Shown: positions 7,557 to 17,072, counted from the stretch's first letter. The stretch: DNA of 64,000 bases from Bacillota bacterium (GCA_050952065.1 JBMNKF010000003.1:28985-92984), one strand, 5' to 3'. Program-made: numbers and translations. Notes: generated from the letters alone by a model not told the origin.

Positions 7557-10500
7557 CTACTGATACAGCGGCAAAGATGAGACTACCACACGGTTGGTGT
7601 ATGGAATGTCAGGTTGTGCCAGCCTAAGGCCCAGGTACGACTCGTTCAAATATACTGCTTGAGCCGTCACCTCAACCCTATTGACCCCTTGGCTTGTGGT
7701 GACAAGCGAGGCCTCGATTTCTGTTTGCGACGGATACCACCAAACAATCCGAACCCTATGGCCTCTTCGGAAGCTCAGTTGAGATGCGGGGCGCAGATGG
7801 ACAACTGTATCCGCATCTTCGTCCGAAAGGTCCGAAAGACTTTGTGCGAGAGAGTTCAAGACATCCTCCAGATTCTCCAAAGCGAAGGGGACGTGGGTTC
7901 CTCTGGGCATCGGCATGTCACGAATCTCAATGCTAAAGAAGGTTGGCCGCTTGTTCAGGGTCGCCCTCGCGTGGAAGGTGTTGCCGAATGTCTCTCCAGA
8001 AGACCTGTCTGCGGCGGTTTCAATCGTGGCCCACGGACAGTCGAGCCCCTCCTCGAAGCGGATGACTGGCTGACCCGTCTTGTCCCTGGGCACTGGTAAG
8101 CTGACAGGTGACGCGTACCCATTACTCTGGTTCTCCTCCAGTATGACTTCTCCCAACGGCATTGTGGCAGAGACTGTGGCATTTGAACTGAAACCGTAGT
8201 TTTCGCTTATATTTGCCGGGTACAGGAGCACAGACTTGTTTGCAGTAATGAGCCCCAAAAGGACGACCGCCAGAGGTGCCAGAAGAGTGCCCAGGTTGAG
8301 CAGGCGCAGGCGCCTCAGACCCACCGGTTGTGGCAGGCCAAACGTGGAAACAAGGCATCCGATGGCAACGCCGACGCAGAGGGCTGATGCAGTGTTCTCG
8401 GCAGTACTGTGGAACCAAGGGGACGATGCGCTCCACACCAGCCCAGGCCAAAGAGGTGTGAGGTACAAGAGTCTAGTGAGGTAAATCAGGATGCGCGGAG
8501 TCGCTGCGTCTTTCTTCCCTATGAACCGTGTAACGAGCACAGCCACGATTAACCCGGCTGTGGCTAGGAGCGAGCAACATAAATGCTCGGAACCTCTCAG
8601 ACCCATTCCCACGCATACTCCGCCCATGACTGCAAGTCCCCAGGCACCGGTACCGGGTAGTCCGCCTTGCAACTCTCTGTTGGTGCCGCACGATAAACCC
8701 GCGTCATCCTCCAACTTTCCAGACGCACTTCGCATCTCCTGGGAAGATGGATGTTTTTGCCCCGTATAGAGTGCGTCATCCTCCGCTTCTCCAGCCGGTT
8801 CCACCATCCCAGTCGGGTCTTGTAGCGCTTTGTTACCGTATGCTGGGTATGTTGTTGGTTGAGGCGGGTCATGCGGGTCATGTCCTGGTGTTTCGCGTGC
8901 TTGTAGCGCTCTGTAACCGTAAGGCGCGTCTGCCACAGCGTCAACCGGCCAGCCCACTGGTCCTGCCTGCCCTACTTGTCCGACATATTCCAACTGGTTG
9001 CGTTGCTCCAACTGGTTCCCCTGTCCCTGTGCGGACTTGTTGGCCGACGCGAATGCCCGGTTTGAGCCGAGACTGGCGGCCCTAGGTAGATTGGCTATCC
9101 GTGAACGCACCGCCCACAATCGAAGGAAACCTGCGGTGAACAGCAGCACAAATGAAGCCAAGAAAAGCACGGTTGGCCTTTCGGGATAGGCCCACGCCAC
9201 ATGTTCAGCGAGGGCGCTTCGGAAGACGACGAAGCGTATTCCCAAAGCCAAGAATGAAGCCAAAATGGCGCCGCCAACCCATCCAAGAGAGCCCCTCAGA
9301 CTTGGCCAACTGAGAGCGATGACCCCCGCTGCCAAGACGCCCATGACGATGCCTGCCCAGGCTAGATGTTGAGATTTCACCATGCGCATGTGACCTAGTG
9401 CCACAACAACCGTCACATTGCTGTAGACGGGGAGATCCGCATCTGATTGTGAGGATTCAATACCCAGTGAGGCGCGGTTTTCGGCGCAGAGCGACAGCAG
9501 AGCATCAACTACGCCTGTTGAACGTTGGTCTAAGGTAGACGTAGTAGCAGTATCGCCGGCATTGCCATGTCGTGCCGACTCGGAGAACCATGTTCTCAAC
9601 GGGCTATCTGTGGGGAGCCCAATGGTGATGGAGGGGGTTTCTGGGTCGAGAGAGTCCGATTCTCCAGTGAAGGTCCCATCGCCTATGAAGCTGTCAGAGT
9701 CCGCGTTGTTTTGCCGTGGTCCTTCGGTCATAGCTTGTAGCCACAGCGCTTGGCTGCGTCCTCCTGCGACGAAAGCGTCCAGGCCACTTTGCCTGAGGTG
9801 GTCGTAGACGGACTGCACCATCTTCACCGGTGTACAGGGCGCAGGGATTAAGGGGAGTCGCTCTGTCCCAGATAGATCGCCGATGACGATGACGCTCTTG
9901 ACGGCTCGACCGTTGTCCGAGAAGGTCTTCATGAGAGACTGCATCCCTGCCCCCATCTGATAGTGGCCTGACACAAAACCTATGGCTACGTTGACTTCGC
10001 TATGGCCAGAGTACTGTCTTGCGAATTCCAGAAGGACGGTTGCTGATTGATCCGTAAACCACGATTGATTAGCCCCCCGATCCGGAAGTGCGGCTGCTTC
10101 CTGGACTGACGCGCCTTGGATGTCCACCCCTTCAATGCCGCCATCGCCGGTGTCGAACGCCGGGTTACGGGGACTTGGTACGTCGCAAGGAGCGACGATA
10201 AGTAGGTCAATGGATGACGGTTCCTGTTTGAACGCCAACAGGTTTTCTCCTCGCACCCCAACGAGAGTGGTTCGGTTTGCCTCCTTGGAGTCTGCCCCCA
10301 TCACTGCCGAGTAGGCTTGAAGCTCTGTGGTCCATCCGGACTTCTGAAGCATTGCGCTTGCATGAGACAGGAACTGGCCAATCTCGTAGGAACCCGTTAG
10401 CCTGTTGGAGAATTGGGTCGGGTTGGCGCCGACGGGAAAGGCGGTGGCAGTAAGAAGGACGACGGTAGCCACACAACAAACAGCCAGGACCATTAATGGT

Positions 10501-10637
10501 TTGGTCTTGGTTGTGCCAGTGGCGCGGCTTGTGTGAACAGCGCGGTTTGCATCGGCTGCATCCGCTGCATCGGCTGTATCGGCTGCATCAGCGGTCTGGC
10601 CCGCGCCGGCGGTCCGGTCTGCATGGGCTTTAGTCAT
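7557..10637 (-). CDS. large polytopic membrane protein with an N-terminal degenerate M28-peptidase-like ectodomain
   Basis: 1026-aa ORF with an Ala/Asp-rich N-terminus and a signal anchor. The roughly 300-aa domain resembles the M28 fold (NLLAFKQEPSSIDLLIVAPCDV...AFDTGDGG...VNVAIGFVSGHYQMGAGMQSLM), but the canonical His/Asp/Glu metal ligands appear replaced. Two blocks of 3-5 transmembrane helices are separated by a Q/G/P-rich low-complexity segment, followed by a C-terminal domain of about 250 aa. Confidence 0.55.
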   Translation of the reverse strand: MTKAHADRTAGAGQTADAADTADAADAADANRAVHTSRATGTTKTKPLMVLAVCCVATVVLLTATAFPVGANPTQFSNRLTGSYEIGQFLSHASAMLQKSGWTTELQAYSAVMGADSKEANRTTLVGVRGENLLAFKQEPSSIDLLIVAPCDVPSPRNPAFDTGDGGIEGVDIQGASVQEAAALPDRGANQSWFTDQSATVLLEFARQYSGHSEVNVAIGFVSGHYQMGAGMQSLMKTFSDNGRAVKSVIVIGDLSGTERLPLIPAPCTPVKMVQSVYDHLRQSGLDAFVAGGRSQALWLQAMTEGPRQNNADSDSFIGDGTFTGESDSLDPETPSITIGLPTDSPLRTWFSESARHGNAGDTATTSTLDQRSTGVVDALLSLCAENRASLGIESSQSDADLPVYSNVTVVVALGHMRMVKSQHLAWAGIVMGVLAAGVIALSWPSLRGSLGWVGGAILASFLALGIRFVVFRSALAEHVAWAYPERPTVLFLASFVLLFTAGFLRLWAVRSRIANLPRAASLGSNRAFASANKSAQGQGNQLEQRNQLEYVGQVGQAGPVGWPVDAVADAPYGYRALQARETPGHDPHDPPQPTTYPAYGNKALQDPTGMVEPAGEAEDDALYTGQKHPSSQEMRSASGKLEDDAGLSCGTNRELQGGLPGTGAWGLAVMGGVCVGMGLRGSEHLCCSLLATAGLIVAVLVTRFIGKKDAATPRILIYLTRLLYLTPLWPGLVWSASSPWFHSTAENTASALCVGVAIGCLVSTFGLPQPVGLRRLRLLNLGTLLAPLAVVLLGLITANKSVLLYPANISENYGFSSNATVSATMPLGEVILEENQSNGYASPVSLPVPRDKTGQPVIRFEEGLDCPWATIETAADRSSGETFGNTFHARATLNKRPTFFSIEIRDMPMPRGTHVPFALENLEDVLNSLAQSLSDLSDEDADTVVHLRPASQLSFRRGHRVRIVWWYPSQTEIEASLVTTSQGVNRVEVTAQAVYLNESYLGLRLAQPDIPYTNRVVVSSLPLYQ

Positions 10638-10652
10638 ATCTCTTACGTACCT

Positions 10653-10757
10653 CCGGAGTCTTCTGTCTAGTTTCGTGTGGGCTCGCCCTGCCGGCTCTGA
10701 GAGATGCCGATCCTTGTGCTGGACCGGAGTCTTCTATCTGGTCTCGTGTGGGCTCGC
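10653..10757. repeat. two 35-bp direct repeats (ccggagtcttctRtctRgtYtcgtgtgggctcgcc) in the 5' region of the large membrane gene
   Basis: Copies at 10653-10687 and 10724-10757. The first copy overlaps the ribosome-binding site (GGAGG) of the 7557..10637 gene. Confidence 0.7.
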
Positions 10758-10778
10758 CACTAAAGGCGGGAGAGCCGC

Positions 10779-10982
10779 CTACTTGCCTTTCTTGAGCATG
10801 TTCCGGATTACCCTAACGCTTTGGTGAATCCCGGCCGCCAGTCCCAGAAGAAGGCCTGCGGGAGCGAATAATGTCTTCCCTGTTCGTTTATCTAGATATA
10901 AACCAAGATAGAGTCCTGCCAAGGTCGATGTTGCCAGAGTAAAACCCAGGCCAAGCAGCACTCCTACATTTCGTCGGTTCAT
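10779..10982 (-). CDS. AtpZ/AtpI-family small membrane protein
   Basis: 67 aa, with GLYLGLYLDKRTGKTLFAPAGLLLGLAAGI matching the AtpZ pattern (LD...GT.P...LLG...G). Confidence 0.5.
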   Translation of the reverse strand: MNRRNVGVLLGLGFTLATSTLAGLYLGLYLDKRTGKTLFAPAGLLLGLAAGIHQSVRVIRNMLKKGK

Positions 10983-11232
10983 TGTACGTTCCTTTTGTAC
11001 CTTTGGCTGTTAATCATGATTAGCTTGCTTCAGAGGTACGATTTCCTATCCTCTCCTGGGCTTTCACCGCTCGTGTCCAGGATTCCTTCGGCAAGTCTGT
11101 CGTGATGCCAACAGGAGTGATTTGCTGTACAGTTGTGTTACATATCTAGTAGGCAGAATACAGTGCCCGCAATAAGTCAGTAGCCATCAACGAGGAACAA
11201 GACACGGGTAGTAAGAAGTCAGCAGTGGGGAG

Positions 11233-11390
11233 TCAGTAGCGAGAGCCAGGAGCGAAAGTCAGCACCGAGACTCAGGAGCGAAAGTCAGTAGCGAGAGCCA
11301 GGAGCGAAAGTCAGCACCGAGACTCAGGAGCGAAAGTCAGCACCGAAACTCAGGAGTGAGGAGTCAGCAGCGACGAGAGTGAGCAGTAAG
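11233..11390. repeat. purine-rich tandem repeats with a 26-bp period (gagcgaaagtcagYRSSgagaSYcag) in a long low-complexity leader upstream of murD
   Basis: Seen directly. The whole 11100-11510 segment is built from agtcag/gagcga-type words. Confidence 0.75.
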
Positions 11391-11516
11391 AAGTCAGCAG
11401 TAGGAAATCGGCAGCGAGAGTCAAGAACGAGAAATCAAAAGCGAGAACCCAGAGTGAGAACCCAGAGCGAGAAGACAGAGGGTAGAAGCCAGTAGCGCGA
11501 AGCGAGGGATGTGAGG

Positions 11517-13874
11517 ATGCCGCGAGAAACGAGGGATTCTGAATCGTCCCGAGGTTCCTTGGGCACGTTGGGCAGGTTTTGTGGGCGTGAAGTCGCCATC
11601 GTAGGGATGGGCAAGTCCAATCAGGCTCTGTGCCGGTATTTGGCCAGAGAGGGCGCCGTCATAACCTGCTTTGACAGAAAAACCGCCGAAGAACTGGGCG
11701 ACGTATATACAGAACTCAGTCGCTTGGGCGTCAAGTGGAGCCTTGGCCCTGACTACCTCTCAGGTCTTCCTTCCTTCAAGTGGATCTTCCTCACTCCGGG
11801 CATGAAAAAGAGTCTGCCGGAAATCGTTGCCGCAAAGGAGAACGGAGCCATAGTCTCCGGGGAAATTGCCCTTTTCCTCGAGCGATGCAAGGCCAAAGTC
11901 TGTGGGATAACCGGGAGCGCGGGAAAGACCACCACGTCCACGCTGACAGGCATGATGCTGAAAGAGAGTCTACCTGGAGTGCCCGTTTACGTGGGCGGCA
12001 ACATCGGTTCAGTTCTGATCGAGGAAGTTGACGATATACCGCCCGAAGTTTTGGTAGTTCTTGAGCTTTCCAGTTTTCAGCTTGAACTCTGCAACCGAAG
12101 CCCAGAAATCTCAGTCATTCTCAATCTGCGCCCAAACCATCTGGATGTTCACGATTCTTTCCAAGATTATGTGCAGGCAAAGAAGAGAATCTATCAGTTC
12201 CAGAACCGAGAAGATTGGTGCATCCTCAACCAAGACGACCCCATTACTGGGGCAATGGTCGGGGAGTGTCCGGGAAATACCGCCCGATTTTCCACTGACG
12301 AAAAGGGACATAGTGCTCAAGGAAATCGAGATGTAGGGACGCCCAGCGCTCGGGCGTGGCTTGACGGAAACGATCTGAAAGTGGAGATCCAAGGCGCCGA
12401 GCATTACCGCAGTGACAGCCACGTCGATGGCCATAGCGATATTCGCAGCGATGGCTCCAGCGGAAGCCCCAGCGGTAGCCTCAGTGGAAGCCGCAGCGAT
12501 AGTCGCAGCGATAGCCGCAGGGGTAGCCCTAACGAGATCCACAGTGGTAGACATAACGACAGTGACAGCCATACGCCAGCCCGCACGAACGGTCCCGTAA
12601 CCGTTGCGTCTCGTGATGATTTTCTCGTTCCCGGAGACCACAATATCTCAAACGCACTTGCCGCCAGCCTCGCAGCGCTATTAATGGGGGGTAACCCGCA
12701 GGGAATAAGAAGAGCCATCCGGTCTTTCCGAGGAGTCGAACACAGGATAGAGTTGGTGAGAAAAGTCAACGGAGTTACCTACTACAACGATTCTATCGCC
12801 ACGTCGCCGGACCGAACCGAAGCCTTTCTCCATGCCGTTCCTGGCCCGTTGGTTCTGATCCTTGGAGGATACGATAAGGGGATCCCGTTCGACGGACTAG
12901 CCCAGAAGATAGTGGCCCGGGAGAATGTAGCGGTTGTGACTCTGGGCAAGACAGCCCCGCTAATTGAAGCGGCGATTGATAGAGCAGTTGATGCCGCAAA
13001 CAGAAGAACAAGCCAAGGGACCAGACGATCCTCCGAGACGGCTGGCCGAGGGCGACGCAAACCCGATGTGACCAGAGCCGGCAGCCTCGAGGAGGCCGTC
13101 AGAATCGCCAGCGCTAAGGCTCGTCCTGGCTGGTCCGTAGGTTTGTCTCCGGCGTGCGCCAGTTACGACATGTTTAGGAGTTTTGAGGAGCGCGGGCAGA
13201 TGTTCAAGGACATAGTGGCCAAGATTCCGGATCCAAGTGCCATCTATGAGGCCCTGGCGCCCCACTATCCTGGCGTGAAGTCGCGACTATTGGAGACTAG
13301 TAAGGGCAATCCTGTTGATACACTGGTGGCAACGATTTTGTCACAGGCTACCAACGACAATGTGAGTACCAAAGCTTTCGCCAATCTGAAACAGACGTTT
13401 TCCGATTGGGATTCGCTCCTGGAGGCGGACGCCGCTACTGTGGAGAAAGCCCTGAAGCCGGGAGGGCTCTACCGTGAAAAGACCGCTGCTCTCAAGGCCG
13501 CTCTCAATCAGATCAAGAAAGATTTCGGAGAAGTCACCCTCGAACCCTTGAGGCAGATGACCGTCCATGAAGCCTTCAGGTATCTGACCTCACTTAGGGG
13601 CGTCGGCCCGAAGACTGCCGCTTGTGTGTTGGCATTTGGTTTGGGTAAGCCTGCCTTTCCTGTGGATACCCATGTCCTCCGAATTGCCCGCAGATTGGGC
13701 TTGGTGCCCCAGAAGGCTCAGGCCTCTAAGGCTCAGGAAATCCTGGAGACGATCACGCCTGATGACCTCAAAATGCCCCTTCACCTTACTCTCATTGAAC
13801 ACGGCAGAAAAGTGTGTTCGTCATCAAGACCCAAGTGCGGCATCTGCCCCCTTCGCGGCTGCTGTTCCGAGTAA
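11517..13874 (+). CDS. murD: MurD (UDP-N-acetylmuramoyl-L-alanine--D-glutamate ligase) fused in frame to a C-terminal endonuclease III (Nth; HhH-GPD plus 4Fe-4S) domain
   Basis: Mur ligase motifs are present: VAIVGMGKSN, GITGSAGKTTT and the C-terminal SPACASYDMFRSFEERGQMF. The same frame then runs directly into an Nth-like domain (ILSQATNDNVSTKAF; LRGVGPKTAACVL; VDTHVLRIARRLGL; the C-X6-C-X2-C-X5-C motif CSSSRPKCGICPLRGCC) with no stop codon and no linker. A Ser/Asp/Arg/Gly-rich insertion of about 60 aa sits within the MurD part (12400-12590). Confidence 0.7.
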   Translation: MPRETRDSESSRGSLGTLGRFCGREVAIVGMGKSNQALCRYLAREGAVITCFDRKTAEELGDVYTELSRLGVKWSLGPDYLSGLPSFKWIFLTPGMKKSLPEIVAAKENGAIVSGEIALFLERCKAKVCGITGSAGKTTTSTLTGMMLKESLPGVPVYVGGNIGSVLIEEVDDIPPEVLVVLELSSFQLELCNRSPEISVILNLRPNHLDVHDSFQDYVQAKKRIYQFQNREDWCILNQDDPITGAMVGECPGNTARFSTDEKGHSAQGNRDVGTPSARAWLDGNDLKVEIQGAEHYRSDSHVDGHSDIRSDGSSGSPSGSLSGSRSDSRSDSRRGSPNEIHSGRHNDSDSHTPARTNGPVTVASRDDFLVPGDHNISNALAASLAALLMGGNPQGIRRAIRSFRGVEHRIELVRKVNGVTYYNDSIATSPDRTEAFLHAVPGPLVLILGGYDKGIPFDGLAQKIVARENVAVVTLGKTAPLIEAAIDRAVDAANRRTSQGTRRSSETAGRGRRKPDVTRAGSLEEAVRIASAKARPGWSVGLSPACASYDMFRSFEERGQMFKDIVAKIPDPSAIYEALAPHYPGVKSRLLETSKGNPVDTLVATILSQATNDNVSTKAFANLKQTFSDWDSLLEADAATVEKALKPGGLYREKTAALKAALNQIKKDFGEVTLEPLRQMTVHEAFRYLTSLRGVGPKTAACVLAFGLGKPAFPVDTHVLRIARRLGLVPQKAQASKAQEILETITPDDLKMPLHLTLIEHGRKVCSSSRPKCGICPLRGCCSE

Positions 13875-13953
13875 TCGCGTCCGACTTCGTGCTGTTTGCC
13901 GCGAAGGGTCGTGAAGGGTTTTGGTGTCTCGCAACGAAGTGACAGAAGGGACA

Positions 13954-15486
13954 ATGGAAGAAAGAGTGAGCAGTCACGCAGACAGAAAACTGCAAGAACC
14001 GGCACCTTCAGGAACTTATCGGGAGGTTTTGGCAGTGAAACAACTTATGGAACTGGCTTTGGAGACAGCCAGAAGGGCCGGAGCGGAGTACTGCGACATC
14101 CGCTACATACGCTCCGAATCCCAGAGAATTGTCACCAGAAACGGTCACTTGCAGTCCATTAGCGAGGAAGATGATTCTGGATTCGGAGTGCGAGTCCTCA
14201 AGGACGGGGCCTGGGGTTTCGCATCATCTGGCACCGCAACGACTGACGAGATCGTAAGGATCGCTAGGGAGGCCGTTAGCATAGCCAAAGCATCGGCCAG
14301 AAGCCTTGGAACGAGGCCGCCCGTGACCTTGTCCCAAGCGGAAGCCGTTCAGGACCAATGGAGCGCCGACCCTAAGATCGACCCCTTCGACATGAAAGTG
14401 GAGGAAAAGATAGATGTCCTGTTCACGGCCGAGGACCTGATGCGGAAGTCGGCTCCCGTCAGCCTTACCCACGGTTCCTTGAATTTCTACAAAGAAGACA
14501 AACATTTTATGTCAAGCGAGGGCTCCGATATCCGCCAGACCCTGACTCAAAGTGGCGGAGTGATCGGAGCCATGGCCAGAGACCAAAACGAAGCCCAGAT
14601 GCGTTCATATCCCGCCCAGTTTGGAGGCGATTACGCTCTCAAAGGGTGGGAGCACATCGAGGAACTGGACTTTTCAGGTAACGCCCCCAGGATAGCGAAA
14701 GAAGCTTGCGATATGTTAAGAGCCCCCCAGTGCCCGAGCGGGTACTACGACTTGATCTTGGAAGGGTCCCAGTTAGCGCTCCAGATCCATGAATCGTGCG
14801 GTCATCCCATTGAACTGGACAGAGTGCTCGGTATGGAAGCGGGCATGGTGGGCACTTCGTTTCTAACTACCGAGAAGAAGGGCACATTCCGCTATGGATC
14901 GCCTTCGGTAAACATCGTCGCAGACGCCACGGTTCCCGGGGGTAACGGGAGTTTCGGTTACGACGACGATGGAGTACCTGCACAAGCCTTTGATATTGTG
15001 AAGGAAGGCATATTCGAGGAGTACCTTACGTCCAGAGAGACCGCTTCGGCAGTGGGGTCAGTATCGAACGGCGCAAACAGAGCCGTTAGTTGGAATCGCA
15101 TTCCCCTGGTAAGAATGACCAACATAAACCTTACTCCCGGAGACTTTACCTTAGACGAAATCATCAAGGATACCAAACGTGGCATCTACATGGACTTAAA
15201 CAGGAGTTATTCCATTGACGACAGGCGGTACAACTTCCAGTTTGGTACCGAGGTTGGTTGGGAGATCGAGGATGGGTCCATAACACGTATGGTTAAGAAC
15301 CCCACCTACACAGGGAACACACCTGAGTTTTGGAATTCGTGCGACGCTGTGGCAAGTAAGGACGAATGGAAGGTCTGGGGGATACCCAACTGCGGCAAAG
15401 GTGAGCCGGGGCAGCCGATTAGGGTCGGACACGGTGCAAGTCCGGCTCGGTTCAGAAATGTGAGGGTGGGTGTTGGAAAATGGTAG
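13954..15486 (+). CDS. tldD: metalloprotease TldD
   Basis: TldD/PmbA-family protein with the HESCGH motif (QIHESCGHPIELD). The ATG at 13954 is preferred over the upstream TTG. Confidence 0.8.
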   Translation: MEERVSSHADRKLQEPAPSGTYREVLAVKQLMELALETARRAGAEYCDIRYIRSESQRIVTRNGHLQSISEEDDSGFGVRVLKDGAWGFASSGTATTDEIVRIAREAVSIAKASARSLGTRPPVTLSQAEAVQDQWSADPKIDPFDMKVEEKIDVLFTAEDLMRKSAPVSLTHGSLNFYKEDKHFMSSEGSDIRQTLTQSGGVIGAMARDQNEAQMRSYPAQFGGDYALKGWEHIEELDFSGNAPRIAKEACDMLRAPQCPSGYYDLILEGSQLALQIHESCGHPIELDRVLGMEAGMVGTSFLTTEKKGTFRYGSPSVNIVADATVPGGNGSFGYDDDGVPAQAFDIVKEGIFEEYLTSRETASAVGSVSNGANRAVSWNRIPLVRMTNINLTPGDFTLDEIIKDTKRGIYMDLNRSYSIDDRRYNFQFGTEVGWEIEDGSITRMVKNPTYTGNTPEFWNSCDAVASKDEWKVWGIPNCGKGEPGQPIRVGHGASPARFRNVRVGVGKW

Positions 15487-16805
15487 GAAGCGAGAGACTC
15501 CTGGAGATTCTCGAGAACGCCCTGAAGTTGTGTGCCGGAGACCAAGCGGAAGCCAGGATCGTGGCAAGCGACAGCCAACTCACTAGGTATGCAAACTCTG
15601 TGATTCACCAAAATGTCGCCGAAACATCCGCTAGACTTTCAGTGAAGATCTATATTGGCAAGAAGATGGGGAGGGCCGGCACAAACGATCTATCACCCGA
15701 GTCGATTCGACGCACTGCGAAGCGAGCCCATGAGATCGCCAAACTATCCCCGGAGAACCCGGAGTTCGTTTCCCTTCCGGGACCGGGACCGATTCCCCAA
15801 GTCAAGAGTCACTTTGAGTCAACGGCCAACGCCGATCCCGATCGCAGGGCAGACAACGTGCTTGCCATTGTGGAGAGAGCCAAAGCCCGGGGCTTTGAGG
15901 CAGCGGGCGCTCACTCCACTTCGGTGAGGGAAATGGGCGTTGCCAACACGTTGGGGGTCAGGGCTTACGGTGCTTCCACCGCCGCTGAACTTACCTGCGT
16001 TATACTGTCAGGTGACGGGTCGGGGTACGCCCAGGCTTCCAGCAGGGATATCGACGAGATAGACGCGGCAGCAATCGCTCAAGAAGCCATAGAGCGATGC
16101 GCCATGAACACGTCTCAGGAATCAATAGAACCGGGCGAGTATGTTGTGCTGTTCGAACCCTACGCAGCGGCAGATCTGGTATGGAATTTGGCAAACCTCG
16201 GGCTTTCTGCCAGGACGTATCAGGACGGGCAGTCCTTCTTGTCCGGCAACATGGGCAAGGCTCTCATGTCCCCGGCGGTGACCATTTGGGACGATGGTCT
16301 TGACCCAGAAGGCGCTCCGTTCCCGTTTGATATTGAAGGGCAACCCAAGAAAAGGGTGCCCCTCATAGACAAAGGGCGCGGAGTGGGGGTGGTATACGAT
16401 TCCTTTACGGGTTTTCGGGAAGAGCTTAAGGAATCAACAGGTCACGCGAGCGAATTCGGGGCATCGCCCGCCAACTTGTTTGTGGCTCCCGGTGAGCGGT
16501 CCAGGGAGGAGATTCTGAAAAGCGTAGCTCACGGAGTACTGGTCACTCGGTTGCACTACGTCAGGGCGGTTCATAGCCAAAAGACGATCATTACGGGAAT
16601 GACCAGAGACGGCACCTTCCTCATCCAAGACGGCAGGATCAAGTCGGCTTTGAAGAATTTGCGCTTTACCCAAAGCGTGGTGGAGAGTCTGGCAACTGCG
16701 ATAGAGTTTTCAAAGGAAAGAAGACTCTTGGGAGTGGAGCGCTCCGTGTTGACTCCCGCCATGTTGTTGGAGAAGTTCAACTTTACTGGCCGAACCGAGC
16801 ACTAG
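15480..16805 (+). CDS. pmbA: metalloprotease PmbA/TldE
   Basis: TldD/PmbA-family homology, overlapping tldD in an operon arrangement. Confidence 0.75.
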   Translation: MVGSERLLEILENALKLCAGDQAEARIVASDSQLTRYANSVIHQNVAETSARLSVKIYIGKKMGRAGTNDLSPESIRRTAKRAHEIAKLSPENPEFVSLPGPGPIPQVKSHFESTANADPDRRADNVLAIVERAKARGFEAAGAHSTSVREMGVANTLGVRAYGASTAAELTCVILSGDGSGYAQASSRDIDEIDAAAIAQEAIERCAMNTSQESIEPGEYVVLFEPYAAADLVWNLANLGLSARTYQDGQSFLSGNMGKALMSPAVTIWDDGLDPEGAPFPFDIEGQPKKRVPLIDKGRGVGVVYDSFTGFREELKESTGHASEFGASPANLFVAPGERSREEILKSVAHGVLVTRLHYVRAVHSQKTIITGMTRDGTFLIQDGRIKSALKNLRFTQSVVESLATAIEFSKERRLLGVERSVLTPAMLLEKFNFTGRTEH

Positions 16806-16892
16806 TCTCCCGCCGAGAGTCCTGCGGCCCTGGCGGCGTTGGGGGATGGGCATGCGGAGTTTTGAGACGTAATGCAACTGGGCGGAGCCAGT

Positions 16893-17072
16893 TTAGGTTT
16901 GATCCTTGCTTGGTTTTGGCTCGTGTTGTTCTCGAAGGGCTTTGGCTTGGTCTATGTCGTATTCGGGTTCTAGTTTGAGTTCGATTCCGCAGTGGGGGCA
17001 AAGCCACTTCTCGTAGTGGGTTGCAGCGCTATATGAGATTTGTTTGCACGACGGACAGAATTTCCATGGCAA
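16893..17072 (-). CDS. small zinc-ribbon protein (59 aa, C-P-S-C...C-P-H-C)
   Basis: Not in the ORF track (TTG start, under 60 aa). My own translation: LPWKFCPSCKQISYSAATHYEKWLCPHCGIELKLEPEYDIDQAKALREQHEPKPSKDQT. A GAGAGG ribosome-binding site lies 9 nt upstream. Confidence 0.35.
   Translation of the reverse strand: MPWKFCPSCKQISYSAATHYEKWLCPHCGIELKLEPEYDIDQAKALREQHEPKPSKDQT

Noticed and set aside
6923-7627. Six overlapping 150-200-aa ORFs on both strands over the 31-bp array, and ORF 6493..6693 (a GYASVA repeat protein) over the 18-bp array
   Set aside because: These are artefacts of a GC-rich repeat unit lacking stop codons (3 x 31 = 93 nt keeps every frame open). There are no start or ribosome-binding site signals, and the peptides are purely repetitive.
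12111-12769. Minus-strand ORFs 12111..12641 and 12404..12769, and plus-strand 12412..12600
   Set aside because: They overlap the Ser/Asp/Arg-rich low-complexity insertion of murD in other frames. The murD frame carries the ligase motifs.
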